This document shows, piece after piece, positions 17,595-27,212 of a stretch of 64,000 nucleotides of DNA. Numbering within the stretch: the first letter of the stretch is position 1; the number at the start of each line of letters is the position of its first letter. The notes beneath the pieces were generated by a model. That model made no database searches, was not told where the DNA came from, and saw nothing but the letters and a program-made list of their open reading frames with translations. The stretch lies in IMG/VR virus record IMGVR_UViG_3300003320_000853; one strand, written 5' to 3'. The stretch comes from a virus. Taxonomy: Duplodnaviria > Caudoviricetes. The position numbers and the translations under genes are program-made.

Positions 17595-20500
17595 ATGAGC
17601 AACAACTACGGCTCGGGCGCCAGCCGCGTCCTCGACCCCACGGGCACCTCCTTCACGGACGTCATCTGGCAGATGGGCAAGCCTCCGCTCGATGCGGAGC
17701 TGAACCTCCTCCAGGATCTGGCCCAAGACTTCTGCCGGAAGATCGTCCTTCGAGGCACGCCTTCGGGATGGCTCGGGAACGAGACGAACACGCAGGAGGA
17801 CTTCATCACGAATCCCCTGTGGTCGAACTGGATCCAGTTTGGGCGGCAGCGCTTGGGAGAACAGTCGGCGATCCAGTGGGCGGTCGTGAACGGCTGGCTC
17901 ATCCCGGTCACGGGGACGCGGACGGGGACGCCGCCGGGCAGCCCGAACGACGCCGCGACGTGGAACGTCCTCGCCTTCGACCCGCCGCCTTCCAACAGCG
18001 GGGACTTCCGGATCGACTTCGCCTTCCTGGAGGTGTGGCTTGCCCGCATTCCGTCGAACCCTTCTACGCTGAACAAGCCGTCAGCGAATGCCGTGTTCAG
18101 GTACGGCAATGTGGAGGGCGGGTATTCGTTCCTCGCGGACGACCTCATCGACCCGAACCTTGGTTTCGAGACGACGCAGCGCGTCCAGGTGCAGTACCGG
18201 ATCCGGGTGGCCAAGGGTGTCCTCGGCTTGACGAGCTTTCCGGACGGGTTCGATACCACGGCGGTGAAGGCTCAGGGCGCGGCGACGAACCCGACGAGCT
18301 TCGTCTTCACCAACATGAGGCAGACGCTCGGTGATCCGGGTCTCTGGCGCGCCGGGGATGGAACCTCGTCGAATGCGCTCGGCACCGTGGACGGATATGT
18401 GTACGCGATCCCGATCACGGCGGTCTTCCGGCGCAACTCCGTGGCCTGGAACGGCGATCCTTCGCAGAACCTCAACGGGGCTTTCAACCGAAACCCGACC
18501 GCGGTCGATCGGACGGGGATCGCCACGTTCGCTGCATCCGTGACCCTGGCGGTCGATCTCTCCTCGACTGCGACCTCGATTCAGCTCGCGGCGGTGAACA
18601 ACCTCCCGATGCCGGCGACGCCCTCCCTGCCCGTTCTGATCCAGATCGGGGACGAGCTGCTCACCTACTCCACGATCTCTGGTTCGCCGCCGGTGCTCAA
18701 CGGCCTCACCCGCGGAGTCAATGGCTCGAAGGCTGAGCTGCACCGGGCGGGCACGCCGGTCACGGTGCTCTCTGGTCGTCCGGACGGCCTGTTCTCGGAC
18801 CAGATCGCTCTCACGGATGTCTACGACCTCCGACACATCGTGAACCCCAACGGGTTCGACTACGACGCGCTCCTCAAGACCAGCTTCGACAAGCTTCTCC
18901 GGGGGCAGCTCCGGGCAAACTGGAAGCGCTCGGGAGCGGGCCCGCAGGGCACGTTCGTCCTCTACCAGGACAAGATCGTCAACGGATCGTCGGCGCTCGG
19001 GGTCACGAAGCTCGACGGGCCGGACAACACTCGCCTCGTGTTCTCGGATGCGGCTGTGGTTCAGCCGATCGAGGTCATCGTCCAGGCGAATGCCAACTCG
19101 CTCCCGGCGCCGATCAACGTCTCCTGGTCGCTCACCCTCAACGCGAGCCAGACGGTGAGGGCGACGACCAATACGTTCAGCCCCAACGATGTCATCGTTG
19201 TCCCGATCGCACAGCTCAAGTCCGGGCTCCCCGGGGGCGACGCCGACCAGGTTCGGTGGGTGAACGACAACGTCGCGAACGCGGTCGTGCTCCACATCGA
19301 CGGCCAGGTGAATCCGATCGACCCGAGTTTTTTCACGGTCACGCCGACGAACCCGGGCCCGAACGACGACCTCACGATCACCCTGGGGGCGAACTTCCCG
19401 ACGACAACGAGCCAGCTCTTCATCACCCTCCAGGCAATGTATGGGCCGGGCCGCGGGATCTCGCGGCGTCCCGATGCGCTTCACTCGATCGCCTTCGTCA
19501 ACCCGAGCACGGAGCTTCTTCTCCAGACGTCTTCGGTGCCGCTCTCGAACCAGGCGCTCCGCACAGGATGGTTCCCTCTGTGGAGTAAGTTCCGGAGCTC
19601 GGTCTACCACGGTCTTGTCCCGGTGACGGCGGAGTCCCTGGCGGATCTCGGGAGCAAAACGGTGGCCATCACGCCGTTCCGCCGTATCGAGTGGCCGATC
19701 GTCTTCCGAACGAAGGATGGGACGGCGGCCAACCCGAAGACCACCGGGTACTTCACCAGCACGACGGGGGCCGGCAATTCGACGACCACCTTCACCGATT
19801 CGTCTGCGAACTTCTCGACGAACGGCGCCACGATCGGCGACGCTCTGGTGATCACCTCGCCCTTCCAGGCGCAGTACACGATTACCCAGGTCGCGCCGAG
19901 TGGCAACAACACTCGCCTCGTGCTTGATCAGGTCGTTCCGACCGTGAGCAACATCACCTACAGCCTCGCCAAGGCTCAGGGTGTCATGCCGCTTCTCAAG
20001 AAGGACGGGGTCACGTCCAAGTGGACGACGACCGACCCGCTCCAGCTCTTCTCTGGGACGACGGAGGCGCAGGCTTCGACCAAGAACATCTTCATCACGC
20101 TCCCGCGACACATGGTGCCTGGCTGGGGAGCGTTCTTCGTGCCGACCATCTGGCAGGACACCGCGACGTTCGCCGAGGGCGTGAACTTCATGATGCTCTC
20201 GAAGAAGGGGGGCTCTCCCTTCGCGGACGCCGACAAGAACTACAGCCCCTACTCAAACGGGCCCCTCACCTATGCGGTCTTCTCGACGCTGAACTTCAAC
20301 CCCCCCGGGACGAACGCGGCGACATTCAACGCGGCCTTCTCCTTCGGCGGCAAGACCTTCGCGGGGATGCGGTTCTTCACCGACGCCCGAGGGCTCGGGC
20401 GTCAGGGGTTGGAGATGCCCCCGTTCTATGGCATCGCTCGCCTCTTCGCGGTCTACGAAGCCAACGACTACAAGACCAATGGGTCGGCCTTCGACGCGAC

Positions 20501-21899
20501 GACGCGGAATGTGACCGGCAGCGGGGCGACGAACCTCCTCCGACAGAACTTCTCGGGCCCTACCTTCTGGATCGAGATCGACGACGACGGGGACTCGACC
20601 TTCATTCTCAACGCGAGCGCGATCGACATCACGCGTTCGCCGAACGCGATTTCGACCTTCGCTTCGGGCAACTACGTCATCGAGGCGAACATCTTCGGCT
20701 TCGACCGGGGATCCTTCGACATCACGAAGGACTTCCGCCTCGTCCTCACGCGGCCGACGAGTTCCTCCCTCATGCGAAGCCAGGCGGCCGATTCGGTGAC
20801 GCGGGCGAACAACATCGGGGTCACCGTCGCGGGCCCGGTGAGCGTTCTGCCGGGACCCGCGACGAACTCGGATGCGATCGTCATCAACTACAGCCGGGCC
20901 GTGTACCAGGGGGACGCCTGGGGGTCGCAGACGAACTACATGGACATCGGGTACGCGCCCGGGCCTGTCCAGTCGGGAACGGCCTTCCAGGTAGCGTCAA
21001 CGAATCTCAACCTCCAGGCCCTCACCCGGCCGAACATGAAGTCCGTCGAGGTGCTTGCCTCGGTCGGGTTCTCGACGACGCTCGGCACTGGACGCTTCTC
21101 CGGCGACTACAACCGCACGCCTCCGAACATGCTCGACGTGGGCTATGAGGACAAGTCGAGCTATCCGCCAACCTCGTCCAACGCCCCTCGACCTCGTGTT
21201 CTCGGGGATGCGTTCCAGGGGGAGCCGCGGGTCATCGAGATCGGAACGGACTACCACGGGTGCACGGAGAGGCTCCCCCTCGGGGCGCTCTTTCGGGACA
21301 AGGACTTCCGGGGCGGGACGTTCGGCTATCCGACGAGCATGCCCTTCGTTCTTCTTCCCGGAGTGGGTCTCGGCGCGATCAGCTCCCTCAGCAACGCCAA
21401 GAAGCTCGAACAGAGCGAGGTCAATGTCTCCACGGCATCGCTCGCGAGCGGCATGCCCGGGGACATGGTCGTCCACGTCGACGGGGAGCAGGGCAACTAC
21501 GCCCTGCTCGTCAATTTCAGGACGTTCCGCGGGGGAAGTCTCTTCACGGCTTCGGGATCGCATCCGGGGGGAGAGATTGCGGCCGTCCATCCGGATGCCC
21601 ATGTATCCACACAGGGCAACCTACTGTCCGGCCGGGCCTTCCTCGTGCGCAACACGGTCACGTTGGTCGGCGCCACGGAGGTCTCGGCGGGCGACGAGCT
21701 GATGCTGGTCGTCGTGACGACCGTGATCCCCCTGACCAATACGGCCACGCCCGCGGAAGTTCTCATCGGCACGAATGGGTCAGGAGAGGGCTTCTCGGCG
21801 GCGGACATCTACCGGATCGATGGGCACCCCATCGTCAAGAACAACGGTCGATACTTCCTCGACCCCTCGACCATCCCTCTCACGTTTCCCATCGGTTAG
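17595..21899 (+). CDS. Large baseplate/virion structural protein (paralog of 12466..15036)
   Basis: 1434 aa; WQMGKPPLDAELNLLQD N-terminal motif; shared blocks with 12466; IQIGDELLTY...LTRGVNG insert. Confidence 0.7.
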   Translation: MSNNYGSGASRVLDPTGTSFTDVIWQMGKPPLDAELNLLQDLAQDFCRKIVLRGTPSGWLGNETNTQEDFITNPLWSNWIQFGRQRLGEQSAIQWAVVNGWLIPVTGTRTGTPPGSPNDAATWNVLAFDPPPSNSGDFRIDFAFLEVWLARIPSNPSTLNKPSANAVFRYGNVEGGYSFLADDLIDPNLGFETTQRVQVQYRIRVAKGVLGLTSFPDGFDTTAVKAQGAATNPTSFVFTNMRQTLGDPGLWRAGDGTSSNALGTVDGYVYAIPITAVFRRNSVAWNGDPSQNLNGAFNRNPTAVDRTGIATFAASVTLAVDLSSTATSIQLAAVNNLPMPATPSLPVLIQIGDELLTYSTISGSPPVLNGLTRGVNGSKAELHRAGTPVTVLSGRPDGLFSDQIALTDVYDLRHIVNPNGFDYDALLKTSFDKLLRGQLRANWKRSGAGPQGTFVLYQDKIVNGSSALGVTKLDGPDNTRLVFSDAAVVQPIEVIVQANANSLPAPINVSWSLTLNASQTVRATTNTFSPNDVIVVPIAQLKSGLPGGDADQVRWVNDNVANAVVLHIDGQVNPIDPSFFTVTPTNPGPNDDLTITLGANFPTTTSQLFITLQAMYGPGRGISRRPDALHSIAFVNPSTELLLQTSSVPLSNQALRTGWFPLWSKFRSSVYHGLVPVTAESLADLGSKTVAITPFRRIEWPIVFRTKDGTAANPKTTGYFTSTTGAGNSTTTFTDSSANFSTNGATIGDALVITSPFQAQYTITQVAPSGNNTRLVLDQVVPTVSNITYSLAKAQGVMPLLKKDGVTSKWTTTDPLQLFSGTTEAQASTKNIFITLPRHMVPGWGAFFVPTIWQDTATFAEGVNFMMLSKKGGSPFADADKNYSPYSNGPLTYAVFSTLNFNPPGTNAATFNAAFSFGGKTFAGMRFFTDARGLGRQGLEMPPFYGIARLFAVYEANDYKTNGSAFDATTRNVTGSGATNLLRQNFSGPTFWIEIDDDGDSTFILNASAIDITRSPNAISTFASGNYVIEANIFGFDRGSFDITKDFRLVLTRPTSSSLMRSQAADSVTRANNIGVTVAGPVSVLPGPATNSDAIVINYSRAVYQGDAWGSQTNYMDIGYAPGPVQSGTAFQVASTNLNLQALTRPNMKSVEVLASVGFSTTLGTGRFSGDYNRTPPNMLDVGYEDKSSYPPTSSNAPRPRVLGDAFQGEPRVIEIGTDYHGCTERLPLGALFRDKDFRGGTFGYPTSMPFVLLPGVGLGAISSLSNAKKLEQSEVNVSTASLASGMPGDMVVHVDGEQGNYALLVNFRTFRGGSLFTASGSHPGGEIAAVHPDAHVSTQGNLLSGRAFLVRNTVTLVGATEVSAGDELMLVVVTTVIPLTNTATPAEVLIGTNGSGEGFSAADIYRIDGHPIVKNNGRYFLDPSTIPLTFPIG

Positions 21900-21911
21900 G
21901 AGTGCATCATC

Positions 21912-22283
21912 ATGAAGTTCCTTTTCCCCGTTTGCGCGTTCCTCTTCTGCTCGCTCACGTCGTGCGTGAACGGCAAGGTCAACCCCCAGGTGGCCCAGGC
22001 GCTGAGCGCCATCGACACCACGGGGTGCGAGCTGGTGACCGTCTACGTGAAGGACCAGGAGGCCGGTGACATCTGCGATCGGGCCTCGAATCTCTTCAAC
22101 TTCGTCCTCGCGAACGCCTCGGCTCCGGCTGCGTCGGCGACGAAGTCGACCGAGAAGCCGAAGAAGTACCCCGTGAAGTACCAGGGGGTGACGGTCGGCC
22201 ACTTCCTCAAGCCGTATGCGACCTTGGTCCAGGAGAAGCTGGACACGCTGTCGACCGACAAGGCGCGCGAGCTCACACAGTAG
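21912..22283 (+). CDS. Lipoprotein, function unknown
   Basis: 123 aa; MKFLFPVCAFLFCSLTS/C lipobox; GGAG RBS upstream. Confidence 0.65.
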   Translation: MKFLFPVCAFLFCSLTSCVNGKVNPQVAQALSAIDTTGCELVTVYVKDQEAGDICDRASNLFNFVLANASAPAASATKSTEKPKKYPVKYQGVTVGHFLKPYATLVQEKLDTLSTDKARELTQ

Positions 22284-22287
22284 CTCC

Positions 22288-23220
22288 ATGGTCACGGCCG
22301 ATCTGAACCCTCCGCTTGGCAAGCCCGGCGGCCCTTGTCAGGTCGTTGACCGGATCGTCAAGCGCGTCCGCGACGAGCGCCTCCAGAAGGGTCTCGTCAA
22401 CGAGGTTCAGAAGGGGGAGGATCTTTCCAACGCCGAGGCTTCGAAGGTCTACCCGATCGAAGCGGAGCCCGGCGTTGGGCCGATCCACAAGATCGTCATC
22501 ACGTCGCATGGTCAGTACCGGATGGATCTACGGGAGATCACCGTTGACGATGTCCGGGGAGCGCTGGCGTCCTTCGTGAAGCAGCTCGAAAACTGGCGGG
22601 CCCTCAAGAGCCCGGCCTACGACACGTTCATGGGCCGGCTTGAAGGCAAAGAGCACGTCGAGTGGGTCGACCCCCGCTCGAAGCTCAAGGTCGTTTTCGC
22701 ACAGGAGTCCCCAGGCACGGTTCGCCTCATCACGACCTTCTGGCGGGGACAGCAGTCAGCTCCACCACCGAAGGGTACGTGCAAGATTCCCGGAAAGGCC
22801 GCCATGGATCCCCTCGTTCTTCGCGTTGCAGCCCGTTTCCAACGTCAGGCCGCAGTCCCCAAGGGTGCGAAGAAAGTCTTCCTGGATGCGGTGAGGGAGC
22901 AGGTATCTCTGGCCAGGGTCGTATGGGGTCAGCTCCGGGATTCTTCGAAAGCCGCGCTGGTCGCTGTCCGGGTGCTCGCCGAGAGCAACGCCCGGGAAGA
23001 GGCCAACATCACGGAACATGTCCTGCATCCCATCATCCGGAACGACATGGAGGATGCGAGAGACATCCCTGAGCACGCCCACCAGGTGGCGAGCCAGCTC
23101 CACTGGGACATCGTGGAGAGCGCTGCGTTCGCCGTGGCGCTCTTGGAGGCCGCCGGGCAGGCGGCCTTGGCCAAGAAACTCTTCAACGCCCTCCTGGCGG
23201 AGGTCGGTCAGTACCTCTAG
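22288..23220 (+). CDS. Two-domain protein: DUF4258/RelE-like RNase-fold domain, internal RVAARF tag, helical domain
   Basis: IVITSHGQYRMDLREIT...LKVVF...VRLITTFW resembles DUF4258; DPLVLRVAARFQRQAA at 22807-22854. Confidence 0.55.
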   Translation: MVTADLNPPLGKPGGPCQVVDRIVKRVRDERLQKGLVNEVQKGEDLSNAEASKVYPIEAEPGVGPIHKIVITSHGQYRMDLREITVDDVRGALASFVKQLENWRALKSPAYDTFMGRLEGKEHVEWVDPRSKLKVVFAQESPGTVRLITTFWRGQQSAPPPKGTCKIPGKAAMDPLVLRVAARFQRQAAVPKGAKKVFLDAVREQVSLARVVWGQLRDSSKAALVAVRVLAESNAREEANITEHVLHPIIRNDMEDARDIPEHAHQVASQLHWDIVESAAFAVALLEAAGQAALAKKLFNALLAEVGQYL

Positions 23221-23579
23221 TTCTCCGTCCCGAGGCACCAGCCGCCGCCCTTGACGGGCTTGATCCAGCGCTCCTTGACGGCCTTGAGGCCGATGGCCTT
23301 CGCCCGCTCCTCGGTCAGGCCCTGGCGGACGAGCCCGGTCGTCAGGGTGCGGGAGAGGGTGCGACCCCACCCGGCGTGAAGAGCGTCGCACACGCGCTTG
23401 TAGTCGGACGGCACCGGGGGCGGAGGGGTGCGGTCGTTGGCCGCCGTGGGGTCGGTGACCGTGAAGCGGCGGACGAGAACGCGCTGGCAGAGCTTCTTGT
23501 GGGGCCCCCGGCGGCCATTGTGTCCGCAGGAGCACACGGTGGTGGAGGTCTTGGGGTTCTGAGCGATTGCGGTGTTCAT
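23217..23579 (-). CDS. Hypothetical protein (N-terminal CxCxH)
   Basis: 120 aa; convergent with 22288, divergent from the SNF2 gene; GATGTA motif variant 8 nt upstream. Confidence 0.6.
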   Translation of the reverse strand: MNTAIAQNPKTSTTVCSCGHNGRRGPHKKLCQRVLVRRFTVTDPTAANDRTPPPPVPSDYKRVCDALHAGWGRTLSRTLTTGLVRQGLTEERAKAIGLKAVKERWIKPVKGGGWCLGTEN

Positions 23580-23620
23580 GGCTCTTCTACATCCCGGATC
23601 CGATTCCGATCAATGCCTTT

Positions 23621-23645
23621 CTACACCATATCGCTTGTGGTGTAG
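23621..23645. promoter_or_regulatory. Back-to-back GGTGTA motifs (divergent class M sites)
   Basis: CTACACCA-N9-TGGTGTAG is a perfect 8-bp inverted repeat between divergent genes; the plus copy lies 10 nt before ATG 23655. Confidence 0.6.
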
Positions 23646-23654
23646 GGGGCCCCG

Positions 23655-25415
23655 ATGACCGTCTCTCCCCAAGATGCGCAAGTCTACGAGACCCTCAAGA
23701 AAGTCCGGACTTCGACGACCGTCGCGTTGAAGCCGACTCCCATGCTCCGATCGGAGATTCGAGGGATCGACGGTAGAGCACAGGAGTTCAAGCTCCGCTA
23801 CTATCAGGTCCAAGGTGTCTTCCATCTCCTCTCGATGAAGCGGATGCTTCTGGGGGATGGGACGGGTCTCGGCAAGACCGTCCAGGTGATCGCAGCCCTC
23901 TGCTATCTCCGGCCGAGGGAGCCAGAGAACCGGGTGATCATCGTCACCCCGAAGTCTGTGCTCCGCCAGTGGGGGGAGGAGATCGAACGGTTTTCGACGG
24001 GCATCCGATGTTACGTCGTGAGCGGGACGCCCGAGGAGCGCATCGCGATCTACGAGGAGTGGGCAGCGGCGAAGGTGGGTGAGAACCACCCGCTCCCCGT
24101 CCTCATCGTGAACTACGCCTTGCTTGTCCGGGATTGGGAGCAGGGCAAGAAAATCACGACGCCCGCCAAGGGCAAGGGCAAGCCGATCGTCACCCCGGGC
24201 CTCGTCGACCGGCTGACGAAAGACATGGCGGGCCTCGTGGTCGTCTTCGACGAGGCCACGGCGTTCAAGAACTCCGAGACGAAGACGTGGCAGACGTGCC
24301 GGTTGCTCTCCGATAGGGCGCACCGGGTCGTCGGGCTCACGGCGACCCTCCTGAAGAACAACCTCAAGGAGGGGTTCTCGATCTACAAGGTTCTCGTTCC
24401 CCGGCTCTTCGGGACGAAGACTTCCTTCCTCGAAACCTTCTGCGTCGTCGAGATGAAGAAGATCGGCTTCAACCGAAAGATCCCCATCATCGTCGGCTAC
24501 CGGAACCTCGACCAGTTCCGGGCGCTCATCGACCCCTATTTCCTCGGGCGTCCGAAGCATCTGGTCTCGGCCGAGCTGCCGAAGCTCACGACGAAGCAGA
24601 TCATCGTGAGGCTCACGGCGGCGGAGGACTCGAAATACCAGGAGGCACTCACGGGGGTCTTGGAGCTGGGGGACGGGTCGATCAAGGACTACGAGGAGCA
24701 CAAGGCGTTCGTCGCTCTCGGGTACTGCCAGCAAGTCGTCAACTCGCTCACCATGCTCAAGTACCGGCCGGGCGACGACATCGCGACCGGAGCGCCGTGG
24801 GAGAAGTTCGACGAGGGTGCCGAGACCAAGCTCAAGGATCTCGGGAGCAAGGAGCAGGCGCTCTGTGACCTCATCACGGACGAGCTGGATGGCGAGAAGG
24901 TCATCGTCTACACGCGTTTCGAGAGCCTTGTGGGCCGGCTCATCGACATCCTCAAGGCCGAGGGGATCAAGAGCGTACGCATCACGGGTAAGGAGAACGA
25001 GAAAGCTCGGCTCGACAACCAGAGGGTGTTCCAGGATCTCAACTCCGACACCCAGGTCATCTTCATCACGGACGCCGGATCGGAGGCCATCAACCTCCAG
25101 GCGGCAAGCGCGATCGTCTTCTACGACGCCCCGTGGTCGTGGGGCAACTACGTCCAGACGCTCGGGCGACCGATCCGCATCGGCTCGCCACACCCGAGCG
25201 TCGTCGCCTACCACATCGTGGCGGAACGACCTCGGACGAAGCCCAAGGAGCAGAAGACCATCGACCACCACATCCTCGGGCTCCTCCAGAGCAAGAAGAA
25301 CCTCATCGACCGCGTCCTTGGAGAAGCCGCGGTCGGAGCGCTGACCTTCGAGGCGGACAGCTCGACGAAGGACTTGCTCCGGCGCATGCGCTCGGACGAT
25401 GACGACGCGGTGTAG
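23655..25415 (+). CDS. SNF2/SWI2-family helicase
   Basis: LGDGTGLGKT (motif I), VFDEAT (II), LTAT (III), AGSEAINLQAA (V), QTLGRPIRIG (VI). Confidence 0.92.
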   Translation: MTVSPQDAQVYETLKKVRTSTTVALKPTPMLRSEIRGIDGRAQEFKLRYYQVQGVFHLLSMKRMLLGDGTGLGKTVQVIAALCYLRPREPENRVIIVTPKSVLRQWGEEIERFSTGIRCYVVSGTPEERIAIYEEWAAAKVGENHPLPVLIVNYALLVRDWEQGKKITTPAKGKGKPIVTPGLVDRLTKDMAGLVVVFDEATAFKNSETKTWQTCRLLSDRAHRVVGLTATLLKNNLKEGFSIYKVLVPRLFGTKTSFLETFCVVEMKKIGFNRKIPIIVGYRNLDQFRALIDPYFLGRPKHLVSAELPKLTTKQIIVRLTAAEDSKYQEALTGVLELGDGSIKDYEEHKAFVALGYCQQVVNSLTMLKYRPGDDIATGAPWEKFDEGAETKLKDLGSKEQALCDLITDELDGEKVIVYTRFESLVGRLIDILKAEGIKSVRITGKENEKARLDNQRVFQDLNSDTQVIFITDAGSEAINLQAASAIVFYDAPWSWGNYVQTLGRPIRIGSPHPSVVAYHIVAERPRTKPKEQKTIDHHILGLLQSKKNLIDRVLGEAAVGALTFEADSSTKDLLRRMRSDDDDAV

Positions 25416-25424
25416 GCCCGGCGG

Positions 25425-25703
25425 ATGCACATCAGGACCAAGGCGATCGTCACGAGGGTCAAGAGCGCGAAGCTCGTCTGGTTCCAGACGGAGCACGATC
25501 CCGAGACGACCATGGTAGGCCGCAAGCGCTACTTTCAGGCCAAGCTGGCCTGCGGCCACACGGAGCACCGCTACCTCGGCGGTCGACAGCGGCCCGCACG
25601 CCTCGCCTGTCGGGACTGCACGGGTCGGCCCCTCACGAAGAAGGAACGCGACATCGGCTGCACAGGCTGCTCCTGCAAGGTCTGCCGAGGGACGAGCACA
25701 TGA
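25425..25703 (+). CDS. Small Cys-rich hypothetical protein
   Basis: 92 aa; LACGH...CRDC...CxCxxC; GGTGTA 10 nt upstream. Confidence 0.7.
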   Translation: MHIRTKAIVTRVKSAKLVWFQTEHDPETTMVGRKRYFQAKLACGHTEHRYLGGRQRPARLACRDCTGRPLTKKERDIGCTGCSCKVCRGTST

Positions 25704-26371
25704 GCGTCCCCGAGGACAAGGCGAAGGCCTTCCTGGAAGACCCCCAGCGTCTCGTCGGCACCCGGTGGGCCTGGTTCCGACGCCCTTCTAGCTACCACAA
25801 TCACGAGACTGTTGTCGAAGTCGTACACGTTCAGGGGGACAACGCACTCCTCGTGAGCCTCTTCTCGGAGGTCTTCGAGACGAAGAACGTACCTGTCGTA
25901 CTTCTACTCTCCGAGTTCTCGACTTTCGATTTCACAGGCACGGCGGAGGAGTTTCGGTGGATCATGTCGGGGGTGCTCATTGTAGACATCAAGGATAGCC
26001 GTGTACCGAAAAGGGTTTACAGGATCCAATCCATTCAGAGGGGTGGCGTCCATTTCCAGGCCATCTGGGTTTTGGACCCGGAGACTCAAGAGAGACTCAC
26101 GGACAACACGAGCGGTGGGATCACGTACCATGTGTTCGCTCGCACGTGGCGGCAGGCTACGGATGCCGAGCTGCGAGACTATGAGCAATATGCTGTCGAA
26201 GAGAATCGACAGCATAGAGTACGCCTCTCGGAGCAAGCAGACGGAGCCAGGAATATGATCCGCTCTCTTGCAGAAGAAGCCTCTGGGAAGGCCGAAGAAC
26301 CTTCCGAACCGAGGTCCCCCGGGCCCACCTCATGGGAAGTGCTCGACCGAGAGAACGACCTCGATGAGTGA
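25700..26371 (+). CDS. Hypothetical protein ending in the T-S-W-E-V-L-D acidic motif
   Basis: 223 aa; ATGA overlap; lower GC; C-terminus GPTSWEVLDRENDLDE. Confidence 0.7.
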   Translation: MSVPEDKAKAFLEDPQRLVGTRWAWFRRPSSYHNHETVVEVVHVQGDNALLVSLFSEVFETKNVPVVLLLSEFSTFDFTGTAEEFRWIMSGVLIVDIKDSRVPKRVYRIQSIQRGGVHFQAIWVLDPETQERLTDNTSGGITYHVFARTWRQATDAELRDYEQYAVEENRQHRVRLSEQADGARNMIRSLAEEASGKAEEPSEPRSPGPTSWEVLDRENDLDE

Positions 26372-27212
26372 CGAGAAGCCTCCCTGCCAGAAATGCGGTG
26401 GATCTGGGAAGATCCAGATCGACGACAGCACGGTGACGCAGTGCATCTGCGCTTTCGCTCGGGCGATGAAGGAGCACCTTGGGTCGGAGATCGCGCTCGC
26501 GCCCGTGGTCAAGAGCAGCCCCCTCTTCGTCGCCGGCCAGCCGGATCCCAAGGTTGACCGGACGAAGGACAACCTCTTCCTCAAGGGGTACTGGGCCGAC
26601 TTGCTCCCACATTTCAAGGCGGCGCTCATCGGCAAGGGTCTGTTCTTCCAGTTCAAGATCGTGACCGACGAGAAGCTCAAGACCGTCTTCGTCGGTGACG
26701 AGAGCTACAAGGTTCGTGCGAGGAGCAAGCGCGACGACATCGAGACCAACAACTCACTCGCGGATCTCGTTGGGCCAGACAACGCCCTCGTGATCATTCG
26801 GCTCGGGTTCCTCGGCTACAAGAACGTCGCCATGCCGGGGATCCTTCGAGAGGCTCTCTTGCTCCGGGAGGCTCTTTCGAAGGCTACGTGGATCGTCGAG
26901 GATCCCGATCAGGGGTACTTCGGCCCCGGACACCTCGCGTACAGCGACGAGGCTGCCGAGGTCATCGACCGCATCTTCACGGTCGTCGATCTCACCAACA
27001 AGAAGCGCACCCCCACCGCGTGGGAGCATGTGTCGAGCGACGTCGAGGAAATCGGGGTCGACGATCCGCCGCCGCCTCCTCCGAAGGTCTACGTCGAGAA
27101 GTCCCGCTTCGAGGCGCCTGTGGATCTCGGGGCGCTAGAAGGTGGCGGGTCGCGGGGCAAGAAGGCTCCCTGGAAGGGCAAGAAGGGCGGCGGAGGAGGC
27201 CCTCTCGGATGA
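26364..27212 (+). CDS. DnaC/IstB-like helicase-loader homolog, apparently lacking Walker A
   Basis: N-terminal CQKCGGSG...QCIC Zn finger typical of phage DnaC-like loaders; directly upstream of and overlapping dnaB; no GxxxxGKT seen. Confidence 0.5.
   Translation: MSDEKPPCQKCGGSGKIQIDDSTVTQCICAFARAMKEHLGSEIALAPVVKSSPLFVAGQPDPKVDRTKDNLFLKGYWADLLPHFKAALIGKGLFFQFKIVTDEKLKTVFVGDESYKVRARSKRDDIETNNSLADLVGPDNALVIIRLGFLGYKNVAMPGILREALLLREALSKATWIVEDPDQGYFGPGHLAYSDEAAEVIDRIFTVVDLTNKKRTPTAWEHVSSDVEEIGVDDPPPPPPKVYVEKSRFEAPVDLGALEGGGSRGKKAPWKGKKGGGGGPLG

Noticed and set aside
1-22283. Extracellular contractile injection system/tailocin instead of a phage
   Set aside because: The structural genes are contiguous with a phage-type replication and nucleotide-metabolism gene set
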